From the NCBI RefSeq assembly GCF_009914755.1, contig NC_060930.1: DNA of 64,000 bases. One strand, 5' to 3'. Under the pieces are notes generated by a model. That model was not told the origin of the DNA, ran no database searches, and saw only the letters and a program-made list of their open reading frames with translations. Shown piece after piece: positions 44,530 to 58,440 of this stretch. This stretch comes from the human T2T-CHM13v2.0 reference genome, Homo sapiens. Every line of letters starts with the position of its first letter. Positions within the stretch are counted from its first letter, which is position 1. Position numbers and translations under genes: made by a program.

Positions 44530-45099
44530 ATGAACGGTGTGAAGCAGGAAGGGTGTGAAGCAGGAAGGGAGAAGGCAAAAACACACTCAAGTAACAACAG
44601 ATGTCTCCGATATTGCCTTAAGGGGATAATAGATCTTGTTAATGAAAGGGAACTTCATTTTCTGAATACTATGGGGGATTTGATGCCGTGCTTTTTGAAA
44701 GCAGAAGCTGGGGCAGAGATGAACATCTTTGCATAGCAGAGAGGAAAGCAATCTTAAGTTGATAGGAAGCAGGGATGCAGGAAGAAGAGAGATGTCTACC
44801 AAAGAGAGGATAAGGAGAGCATGAAGGTCAAATGATGCCTCCGACATGGTGTGCCGCCCTGATTGTGATATAGTCTCTCCCTCCTGTCCTCATGAAGACA
44901 TCTTCATAAAGTAGGCAATGATTGCTGCGGCTTTTGTGTATCTTTTTGAGGAATTTGGAGTTCTCTCTGGGTTGGTGGGAGGAGCGACTGAGCAAAACAG
45001 CCTGCATGGACTCCACACCACTAATTATTGCCAACATCATCAACTGTGTGCTGTGCAAATAAGCTCCTAACAGGGCTCTGCTCTTTCACCCTGCTTCTC

Positions 45100-45991
<892 letters not shown>

Positions 45992-46379
45992 CTGATGTGT
46001 TTTGTTTTATTCAAGAATTCTTCATAAGGGAGTCAGTGAGGAGAGGGTGGGTCTGGCCTCTTCCCTGGGTCTGTATAATTGGACTCTGGAAAATGGAATT
46101 CCAAGCCAAGGGCATCCTGGGAAGGCTTGTGTGTGCACACTCACCCATGAGGCCTGCCCGTCCTCCTGTGCTGTGGTGCTCAGACGGCTTCCTGTGCAGG
46201 TGACTGACTCAGGGCTCTTTTCACTGGGGACCTAGATAACAAATTGTTCTTGTGACAACTTAGGGAGCAGAGCAGAGAACAGAGTGAGAAGACAGAGGGA
46301 GAAAAGTGGTGGAGCTAAGAAAGGAATATGAAATATGATTTTTTTTAAGGCAGCCAGGTAGAATAGAAATGGGGGAGGG

Positions 46380-46676
<297 letters not shown>

Positions 46677-49173
46677 AATGGGAGTTGGGGTAATTTTCAC
46701 TCACTTCTCCACTAGAGGGTTCCCCCTAACCCCCTTCTCTCTGTTTCTTTTACTTGTGTCACCAATTATAAGAAGACACAGAGCAGTTGCTTGGACCTTC
46801 TTCTTGCTGGATCAGAGATGCTTGGGCCACAACTTTAAAAGTAGAAATTGATGTGTGTGACAATGATAATGCAAATGGCTACTAACTGTTGAGTGCCTCC
46901 ACTTCTAAAGCTCAGTAGAATGCCCTTATGTTATCTCCAATCTTTACAACAGTGTTAGAAGTGGGGGATTATCCCATTTTACATATAAATAAATTGAGTC
47001 TCGGGAAGCACTAAATGTATCTGGATCTCTCTGTTGCTTGGAAACATTCGTCTTTGGTATTTTCCCTTTCCCAGAAGCTCACGTTCAGCCTTGAGCAGAG
47101 TCAATAGTTACTGTAAGTGGTGATGAATTGAAGGGAAGGTAGAAAAGCTTCAAGGACGAGATTTGAATTATCTTTGACAATGTAATAGTGTGCAACCCTG
47201 TACTTTAATCTGCCTGGCAGATTGGAGTTGAGGAAGAGGCGTCAGATAGCAACAGGATGGAGTCATAGACAGGCATCATCCCCTACCTCACCTCAACCCC
47301 TATGTTAGAAGGACAATACTATGTGGTTAAAATGTGTGAACTATCAGACACAAGAGAACTTATTTCTTTGGGGAATCAGGTTGGGGTGTTAGAGCTACAA
47401 AGGAGGCCATGCAGCCAGCATTGAAGTCAGTTGATGGGAAAAAAGGGGTTGAAGAAAATATCTCAAAAAAAGGGGTTGGCGAGAAGCAAAGATCTGTTCT
47501 AAAACCAACTCTTCATTACTCATCATGCTGTGGCCCAGAACAAAAAAAGGCAGGGGCCATAAAATTGCAAAAGAAATCTTAAAATCTCATTTTAATTTTG
47601 AATTTCCTCCAGAAAATGTGCTTGGAAGGTTGCTAAAAAGCAGCTACATCCATAACTTCTATTTTACCCTCCTGTATTTTTCCTTTCCCTTCCTTAAAAT
47701 AAAAATGGACAATCCTTAACACAGCATTTTTTTTCCCATCAACTGACTAGAGGGATCTGAGGTTATTCCAAGCTTTATCTGTAGAATAATCAAGGATTGG
47801 TTGCAGTTTGGGGTGAGGGGGACAGCCTACTCTCCAGTGTTTTGTGCATGGCTGAAGGCGGTCTGCTAATATGTGAGCACATAAGGAGCTTGCTAATTTG
47901 TCCATTAAAAGATTTGTCAACCAAACAGCCTACCACACAAGAACTGCCCTAGGCTTCAGAGCCAAGAAGTCAAAACAAACATCAGTGGGGCCCATGGATT
48001 TGGGTCACTGAGATAAAAGGGAAAAAATTTATTTTGGTGCCTGGCTTGTGTTATCCCATCCCAGGCTGTGGCTGTTGGCTTTGACTGCTAGGAAACCAAG
48101 CAGCCAGTCACAGTTCCTGGGTAAGTGGACCCAATTATTTACTCGTCCCTTACTTCTTTTAAATCTCTGAACCATTCATTCATTTGCCCCAGCTGATTTC
48201 CTCTGTACCTCTAAAAGTTGGGTCTGAAGGGAGTTTAGAGTGACGCTGAAGAATCTCAGGTGCACTAGATTACCACTGACTTTGCTATTACTTTGAATGT
48301 AAAAGAAATGCTGTTGTTAATGCAGCTGATAAGCACCTGGCAGGCTGGACTGAATAACCCAGAAACTCCTAACATCTAAGGTCTAACACTTTCACCTACT
48401 TGGGCTTTTATCTCACTGTCACCGCCTATTTATCCTCCATTCAGCAACAAGCTCCTTGAGACCTGGTATTCCAGCACCCAGCACAGTTCTTGGCAAACAG
48501 TAGGAGCTCAACAAATATTTAGTGAGTAAATGGAATGAGATTGTGCAGATTCCCATGATGTCACCTCATGAGGTTGCTCAAGTAGGCAGATCCTCTGAAG
48601 CATTCTAGAAGGGCGAATGAGAACCTTGGGGCAGGGACTCTATCTCATTCATCCCTGTATCCTGGAGCACACCGTTTGCTTAAGAATGAATGAAGCCCTG
48701 TCATTGCTCAAGGGATGGGAGTGGGTGGGTGATATGTTTTGGGATAGTCCCACCCCATCCTCAGTTTGCAAGGTCCTCAGGAGATCCTGCATCGGAATGT
48801 GTCAGAGAGGTCCAGCTGTTGCTAAAAACCTCCAGAGGGATCCAAACGGGGGGCACTTTCCACAGACCACGTTCTCGTTTCTAAACTGCTGGCAACACAA
48901 GCAGACTTGAGGAGGTAGCCAGTGGGGCAAAAGTCCTAGGCTCTGTTAGCCAACTGGGGGACAGAAATAACAGGAACAGGAGGAATGGCTTTAACAATCA
49001 TACTTTATTATGATTGCAGGAAAACCACCCAGGAAACACAGGCCCGACTGTTCATAACTCAAAAACAGGAAATGGACAAAACTTACGATAAGGGGAAGGA
49101 TAAATGATTAGCTTAAAGGGAAAAATAGGCCCAAGGCTCATAAATGTGCCGTGAGTTTACCTTATGTAAGACC

Positions 49174-49421
<248 letters not shown>

Positions 49422-49897
49422 ATTCATTAAAAACAAATTCAGTATGGACTTAAGAGTTAGATATGAAAACTAAAAACATATAAGAACTACAACAAAATAT
49501 AAAAGAATCTTTTCTTTCTGATCTCTTCAATGAGAAACCATTTGGAAGCACAAAAGCAAAAGTAGAAAGCTAATTTAAAAAGAGCATCTCCTATGTTTTA
49601 TGTATAAAATATACAGAGAAAGTTTCATTTCCTTCTTTAAGCCTCCATCTCCATATTTTGAACCACAACACGTATGCCTGTTGAAATCAAGAATACAACA
49701 AAAAACATCCTTTTAATAATTAAACCAAAGTGGAAAAAAAAAAGGTGTGTACTTATTCCATAACATCTCACATCATCACCCAGGCAAAACCACTGGAGTT
49801 ACTAGGGTGCCCCTTTAGGTGCACATTTTTTTTTTTAACATTTTTGTTTCTGCTTGCTATTAAATTTCTACCCTACCTTCAAAAGTTTGCACTGAGA

Positions 49898-50013
49898 GCC
49901 AGGCATGGTGGCTCACGCCTGTAATCCCAGCACTTTGGGAGACCAAGGCGGGTGGATCAAGAGGTCAGGAGATCAAGACCATCCTGGCCAACATGGTGAA
50001 ACCCCATCTCTAC
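49898..50013 (+). mobile_element. AluSc-like left arm only
   Basis: Ends abruptly at catctctac. Confidence 0.88.
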
Positions 50014-50108
50014 CAGATATTCCATTTTAGCTGAAAGCATAAGGGATTAATCTCACAAGAGGAAGTAGATTCAATTTAATGGCAAGTTTTTTGCCTCTGT
50101 GATCGAAT

Positions 50109-50187
50109 ACAGTCATGTGCCACATAATGAAGTTTCAGTCAACGACAGATCACACATATTACATGGTCCCATAAGATTATAATACAG
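50109..50187 (+). mobile_element. Tigger3 (MER7)-like terminal fragment
   Basis: tacagtcatgtgccacataatga..ggtcccataagattataatac. Confidence 0.8.
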
Positions 50188-50553
<366 letters not shown>

Positions 50554-53318
50554 TTACCACAATCTACCACAGTTTATCTGGTCCTGGGGTTCATCAAGGA
50601 ATGATCTGCATTCTGAGATACTCCCTCTCCTCATGTTCCAGGTATTTGTGTCTTGAAAGAAATTCCTGCCTTTGTTGAACTCATCTTCCTCTTACATTTT
50701 ACACTTGTGTCTTCCTCTTTTTTCGTTTGTTCTAAACTTCTCACAGTGGATTCTGGCTACCCATATTCTCAGCCCTGTATCCCACTTGGTGTGTGTGCAT
50801 GCACACACACACACACACACACACACTATGCTTCATCTACCATTGTTATACCTGGACCACCTATTGTACCTTTATACCTTCATTCTGTTCTCTCTGCTTG
50901 GATTTTTAATTTTTTTTTCTCTTTTCTTTACAGCAAACTCTGTTCCTTCTTTAAGCGCCAACTCAAAAGCTCTTTTGTGCATGATCAAGCCTTTCCTGAT
51001 GCCCTTGGTGAGAGGGGAGCTCCCCTCCCCTCAGCTCTGGCCACAGTGTATCCGGATGGCCACTGTCCCACTGCAGCACGTGGGCTTGTTAGCTGTGATG
51101 GCTCCTGGAGGGCTGAGGCCACGTTCAATGCTGTGTCTAATTCAGCTTTGTATCCCCAACATCTCACACAGTACATAAAACAGAATAAACACTTTTGTTT
51201 ATAAATGACTCAATGAGTGACATTGTGAATGGTGAAATAAAAACTGGTTACTACATCTCTCCATGAAGTAGTCTTTAACTCTTTGAGGCAGAGTATCACA
51301 CCATTATTCCTTAGCAATTTTGTCTTTGAGAGAAATAATCCCCACCCCAAATCATATTTGTTTTATGTCTCATTTTTCAACTTGTTGTATATTGGAATCT
51401 GATATGCTTAGCATCTGAAGTATGAGATTTACCATAACAAAGGTCAGGGGAAATTCTAGCCTTTGGATTCTACTTCTTGGTTTTGTATATTTAAAGTTTC
51501 AGGTACATCAAGTTTTTTGGAAGTGAATAATAAAACTTGAGAGGTTTCACTTATTTGCCTGAATTAGGATATTTATTCCTATGACAATTATTATATTACT
51601 CCTTCAATTCCAAACAGCTACCAGAAAGCTCCCAGGCAGGTATTATGCTTTTAGTAACTTATTTACTTAACCACAGAAATTGGCCCACTGTATGCTAATA
51701 GGCTGCTACTTTTGCTTCCTTTCTGGAAGGCCCCATGTGAAGTCCCAACCAAGAATTTTTTGCAAGTTGAGGGCCATCGTAGGTGAAGGGCCAGTCTGAA
51801 AGGGCCAGTTTACTGTATGCAGTTTACCAGCTGGTGATCAATGTGTAACTTTGATCAAGGGTTATCCTGGACCACTCTGCTGAGTACTTGTCATCTATTA
51901 GCTCAGATTCATTTTTCACAGCAGCCTTGTAATACACTTATTATTATTTTTAATACATTAGTATTATTTCCAGTATTTCCAGGTAATGAATGAGAGCCTA
52001 AGAGAAGTTAAATCATGGGCCGTAGCTCACCTAAACTAGTACATGGAGAGACGGAACCAAAGCTCTGTGGAGTCCAAAGCCCTTGTTCTCTTCATTAGAC
52101 CCTCTTATCTCATGAGAGTAGAAATTTGACAAGCCACAGGGAGTGATAGTGGGTTTTTATCAGACCTTCAAGGCTCTTTAAAACACTGTAGTTAACATTG
52201 AGAAAGCAAATCTTCTGGACTTCCAGGGTTTCCCTTTGGTAGACCTGCCTCTTAAGGGTTATTCATTCTGACACCTGTTGGTGGGGACACATCTCAAAGG
52301 CTGGCTGAGCACACAAAGGAAGAGGTTTGAGCTGGTACCAGTCTCATCCAAGGTCACCTGCACTGGGAAGGGGGTGCAGACCTGTCCTATTCTGCAATTA
52401 ACTCAGGGCTTTTGTTTTCTTTTCAACGGCCCAGATTTTTCAACTGAGCCATTTTCAGAGCAGCAAAGATGGGAAGGCCAATTCTTCCTGTCTTTGCTGC
52501 TCTGAAAAGTTCCTTATTTGTAGGTTTCTTTTTTTGTTTGCTTGTTTGAGATGGAATAAAGAAAGGCCTCAGTTCAGACTTACCACCCAGTGGGCCAAAA
52601 GAAGTAAAGTGACCCCTTTCCTTGCAGAGCCCTCCAGGGCAGAGCCTGGCTGAGGGCTGACTTCATCTCACATACCTACTGACAAACAAATAAACAAAGG
52701 AGGAGTTTTAAACTAGTAGCCATAACAAAAGTGCAAACAGAGAATTAGCTGGAAGCCAAGAAATCGCTGGAAGCTGCTTCTGCTGTCACGCAACACTGCT
52801 GGCCTTAAACCTAGAAGACTCCAGAAACAGTCCTTGAAGCCACAGCAGGCAACTAAATCCCACCCACTCAGCACCAGGCCAGAAAGATGACCCTCAATAC
52901 AGTGGGGAAGAAGTGAGGGTTTACCTCCACACCTTCATCCCACGCCACTTACCTAAGTAGTGTTTTGGTGTCAGTTGCCAACTGATAAGGGCTTTCCCTT
53001 ATTTCATTCCGCAGGGAAAATTGGTCTTTTAACAGGTGAAATAGGGAACTCCTCCAGTACTAATTTACTGTTGAATGTTTATTTCCTCTTGTGTAGTTCT
53101 ATTTTATATATTTTCTCCTCTCAATTGATGAATTACGTAAGCAAGCACTGATGAGGCCCTTTTCATTCCAGACACTCAAATGACAACTCTGGCTACCCAT
53201 GCTGGTTTCACTTAACTTCTTCACCTAGGTAGCTCCTGGTTTGAGTCAAACAACACTCAGAGATTTGTGGGCTATTCAAGCTCAAAGAAACACTAGAGAA
53301 TTACAATATTAATAATAA

Positions 53319-53714
<396 letters not shown>

Positions 53715-53830
53715 TCATAATATTCCTGATTATCTCTATTTAATGGAGGAGTGGGCTGGAAGTAAAGGAGTTAAAAACTCTCCCAAGCCCGTTCTTCCAA
53801 CCCACTGTGGCAGAATCATTGCTTAACACT

Positions 53831-53832
<2 letters not shown>

Positions 53833-53872
<40 letters not shown>

Positions 53873-54147
53873 AGAAGGAGTCTCGCTCTGTCGCCCAGGC
53901 TGGAGACAATGAGATATAGGCTCATTGCAAGCTCCGCCTCCTGGGTTCGCGCCATTCTCCTGCCTCAGCCTCCCGAGTAGCTGGGACTACAGGCGCCCGC
54001 CAGCACACCTGGCAAATTTTCTGTATTTTTAGTAGAGACGGGGTTTCACCGTGTTAGCCAGGACGGTCTCGATCTCTTGACCTCGTGATCCGTCCGCCTC
54101 GGCCTCCCAAAGTGCTGGGATTACGGGCATGAGCCACCGCGCCCGGC
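53833..54147 (-). mobile_element. AluY
   Basis: 40-T tail, Y diagnostics, TSD gcttaacacttcttt. Confidence 0.96.
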
Positions 54148-54298
54148 GCTTAACACTTCTTTACCCTCTCAATTTAACAGAAGCATGGGCAAGATGGATG
54201 ACAGCCTAAGGTCACACAGAGAGTTACCACCACTTGCTTCTGGTGCTAATTGACTGACAAGGTCCAAAACCTCTGAGTTTAAAGCAATGAAAGTACAT

Positions 54299-54569
54299 AC
54301 ATTCACGTGTCGCTTAAGGATAGACACACGTTCTGAGAAATTTGTCCAGCGGTGATTTCATTGTCATGCAATCAACACAGAATGTACCTGCTATTTACAC
54401 TTACATTACTACGGTATATAGGCAATACTGTAGGCAATTAGAACACCGTGTTAAGGATTTGTGTATCTAGACAGAGAAAAGGTACGGTAAAAATACAGTA
54501 TGAGGATCTCACAGGACTCTCGTGTATGCGGTCAGCATTGACTGAAATATCACGTGGCATCTGACCGTA
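54299..54569 (-). mobile_element. Tigger3a (MER7A)-like MITE
   Basis: cgttctgagaaat..tttgtgtatcta..agaaaaggtacggtaaaaatacagtat..gactgaaat. Confidence 0.8.
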
Positions 54570-54651
54570 TTTACAATAACGGGAGGCAGTGGACACTATC
54601 TGACTCCTGAAATCAGATCACCTAGGTGACTCCTTCAAAACTGTGGATGTT

Positions 54652-54963
54652 TGGCTGGGCGTGGTGGCTCACGCCTGTAATCCCAGCACTTTGGGAGGCC
54701 GAGTTGGGTGGATCACGAGATCAGGAGATCGAGACCATCCTGGCTAACACGGTGAAACCCTATCTCTACTAAAAATACAAAAAAGAAAAAAAATTAGCCA
54801 GGCGAGGTGGCAGGCACCTGTAGTCCCAGCAGTTCAGGAGGCTGAGGCAGGAGAATGGCGTGAACCCAGGAGGCAGAGCTTGCAATGAGCCTAGATCTCA
54901 CCACTGCACTCCAGCCTGGGCAACAGAGTGAGACTCCATCTCAAAAATACACACAAAAAACAA
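54652..54963 (+). mobile_element. AluY
   Basis: Y diagnostics. TSD aaaactgtggatgt. Confidence 0.95.
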
Positions 54964-57439
54964 AAAACTGTGGATGTGTGGGAAACTGATCTGCAAAGCT
55001 GATGATGCAGACAGCATTCCAACATGCCTTCATGCACACAGCACTTACTCATGATAAAGTTAATAAATAGGGCTTCGTTCTCTTTCCTCTTGTGGTGTTC
55101 CCCCCTTTAGCCATGGTCTGCTGAGAACAATTTTGTCTTTGCTCCTACTTCCCATGCCTGGAAGGGAAATGTAGTCTTTTGTTGGTTCACACCCGGCTTT
55201 TGTGACATAAAATGGGGAAAAGTAAGTTGAGAATGCATGTTTAAAGTGTAAGAGGTTCCTGAACCGCAGCAGGTGGAAGATAGCTGGAGAAAAGAGGGCA
55301 GGGATTTTAAGAAGGGTTTCTGAGGCGTGTACATAGATCCTCCCTAGAAGTTTCTCAAGAGACACCATAATAATTGCAATGAGTTTTAAATATTTGTTCG
55401 TGGATACCCAGTGTTTCTCTGAATAAGAGAGCAAGTCAGGAATAGGCCAAATGGAGCCCTGGTTTTTATATGAGTTGCACATTCATGTTACAAGAACTTA
55501 CTGAACACCTATTTTGTCCTAAGGATGCAAAGATAAATAAGGAAAGAGCTCTACCATTAAGAATCTTACACACAGGTGTCTGCCTTCCTACCCGGAATGA
55601 TTGCTAGACCTTTGCCCATCTCGGCTGTGTGCCCAATAGATCTGCACCCAATAGGAAATAAAATATATCGAAACAAATTCAAGGTTCTTGGTTTGGGAGG
55701 GGTAGACTGAAACCCATAATGTTGGGAGTGAACTGAAAGACACCTTAATTTGACCCCTACATTTTACAAATAAGGAAACCAAAGCCCAGAGATTAAAGTG
55801 GCTTAGCCAGGCTCTTGGGGCAGCAGAATCCCAACAGAATCAAGAGAGGGGCCCCAGTGCTCTTGAGACTTCATCTGCCTCCTCTCCCACGGGCTCCTCA
55901 GGCATTACTGGGGCAAATCTGGGGACCCTGCATGGAAGCCCATCTCGCTAATTCATATTGGGAGTGGCAGACATTGTCAGGGGCTGTGAGAGCAGCCAGG
56001 TAGAGGCTAGAGGCTGATGGCCCCCTGCCGTGGTAAATGCCTATGATTCAAGTCATAGCCCTCACCTGGGGCAGAGGGCAGGTCCTCTTGCCTGCTCCGA
56101 AGTCTTGTCTTCCCTTGGATTCTGACGCTGGTGTCCCTCTAAGCTGGCCAGTGGGCTCTGGTCATCCAGTGCTATCTTTTGTGGAGGGGACAGGGACAGA
56201 GTGCTAAAAAGACTCCATGCTTTTCTGAACACTACTGACTTTCCGCCTCACTCTGCAGCCTCCTCAATGGGAGCCTCACACACTGGCTGGACACTGACAC
56301 TCGGGAAGATCAAAGGTTCATCAGGACACCAGTTCATTCTGATTATTTCTCAACTGTTTGGGTTTGTCTGGGTGGGGAAAGAAAGGACAGTTCTGCTTGA
56401 GGTGCCACCAAAACACTGCCTGAGTGGCAGTGGAGCCGGGGAGGCTGGGCGGCTGGATGTGGTCCCACCGGGACCGTTCGCCAGTGGTGTCGCTCTGATG
56501 CCTGATTTATTTGTGTATTTGGCAGATGGGAAGGAGGAGTTCCACTGGGTGATAAATTGCCTGCACTGACCTATCCCTGTCAGTGGTAAGCCTGCCTGCC
56601 ACCCACCCCCACACACCGCACCAAAGCAGTTCAGTCTCTTAGAGTACATTGTCAAGAGGAGAAGAGTTGGGATGGGGGCAGATTATAATGTCACCAGTGA
56701 ATCCTCAGGGCTGTGGGTCTGTGGAGCTGAATGCTGGAGGGCATAAACAGTGCTTTCCTTTCTTGCTTTCCATCAGACGCAGAGTCCCTTCCCTATGTGG
56801 CCTCCAGAACTGTTGAGCAGGACGGGGTGAGGGAGGCAGTAGAGGCCTGGGTCTGGCCCTGGGTTCTGGTCACCTCTACGAACAACTCAGGGGCAAATAG
56901 TTTTCTGGGCCATTGTGGATGACTGTGATCCCAGCCTTTCCTATTGCCCTCCCAGAAATGCAAGCCACAACATGAATTCCCTGCGTGGCCTTGAACAAGC
57001 CACTATACTTCTCTGGCACTCTGTTTCCCCATCGATCAATGATTATCTCTGTCCAGTCATAACAGACCATTTTGGTCTCCACACCAACAGCGTCGTTGGT
57101 GTCACCTCCTGCCCCTACTCCACGTTGGAATTCCTGGGGACTTTTATTGAAAATATGTATTCCTGGATGCCATGCCAAGAAATTCTGACTTAATGGTGCT
57201 GCGGTGGGCTCACTTATCCGAATTTCTAACAGCACCCCAGATGACATTTTAATGCATTTAATGCATTTCTTTTCTCTAAATCCATGTCAAGTTAAAACAC
57301 TTAGTACTGGATCAAGTAATTTATTGTGTTGATTTCTAATGATTTCACTCACATAAAGCCAGTCTGCTTTGACTAGTGCACAAATGGCATCGCAGCCAAC
57401 ACTTCATTTTTTTACTTTTACAAAATTATCCTACAGTGG

Positions 57440-57590
57440 AGATAGGGAGGGGACACGAGGGAACTTTCTGGGATGGCAGATATATTAGGGGTGTAAGTTT
57501 ACACTGGTGTATGCATTTGTCAAAATGCGTTGAATTATAACACTAAGATCCGTGCATTTCATAGTATCTAAATTATACCTTAATTAAATG
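57440..57590 (+). mobile_element. L1ME-like 3' fragment
   Basis: gagggaactttctgggatgg..gcatttgtcaaaa..gtgcatttcatagtatctaaattatacctt. Confidence 0.7.
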
Positions 57591-58046
57591 AATGAAATTT
57601 AAGAAGAAAAATGGCAAAAACACCAACTCAAAATTCCCCTACAGATAACACAAACGCATTCAGCATGAAGAAGAAGTGCTTCATTTGAGGGACGCTGTCA
57701 GCGGCATTAGAAAAGGCTCTGTCACTAACAACTTGTTTCTAAACTAAAGTCTTTCCCACCCTTCCCGCCAACGGGGCAGGCAAAGCCAATTGTAGCTTTA
57801 GCAAGTAGAGCGAGACAGGCAGAGATGCTGGAAAGACTTGGAGAAGCTGGCCTGGAGAAGCTGTATCTGCCCTGTTTTAGTGCAGCGGGCACTAAAAAAG
57901 CCTGAGGCTTAAACATGTGGTCTGTAAACAAGCAGCCCATAGCACCTCTCTCCCCTCCGCCCCTCCCTCCACTGTCACCGGGATGAAGCTGTGAAGACTG
58001 CTTGTCTTCACAGACATTTCCCTAAGTCTGCTTTCATAAATTAAAA

Positions 58047-58440
58047 TGTTCATTCATTCATTCATTCATTCATTCCACATTAAGCGTCTCTGCAGCAGGC
58101 ACTGGAATGGCTGAGATGAACGACCTGCCATTTCTGTCCCCAGACCCTCACAGTCAAATGAGGGGCCAGCTAAATCCATGTATAATCTCGGGACAGGATG
58201 CAAATCGTCTCTCCCAGGTCCAGTGAGCCTGTGACCTCGGAGGTGGGACACATCACGCACTGCGGAGTGTGGGAGGGGTACCTGAGATACTGAGGAGAGG
58301 CAGTTGATGGGGAAGGAGAGCATTCTAGGAAGAGGGAGTGGCATTGTTTCATTTGGGGAAGTGGTGAAAAGAGAGGCTTAGAAATGGGCTAGACCAGGAA
58401 TTATATTACATGTTGAGGAGTTTGGACTTTATCCTAAAAT
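58047..58440 (-). mobile_element. L2 3' end with (CATT)n tail
   Basis: (ttca)n followed by a diverged L2-like body to tttggactttatcct. Confidence 0.6.

Noticed and set aside
50653-51204. 183-aa and 168-aa ORFs
   Set aside because: Non-ATG starts, cross a (CA)n repeat and L2-like relic, no recognisable homology or splice structure.
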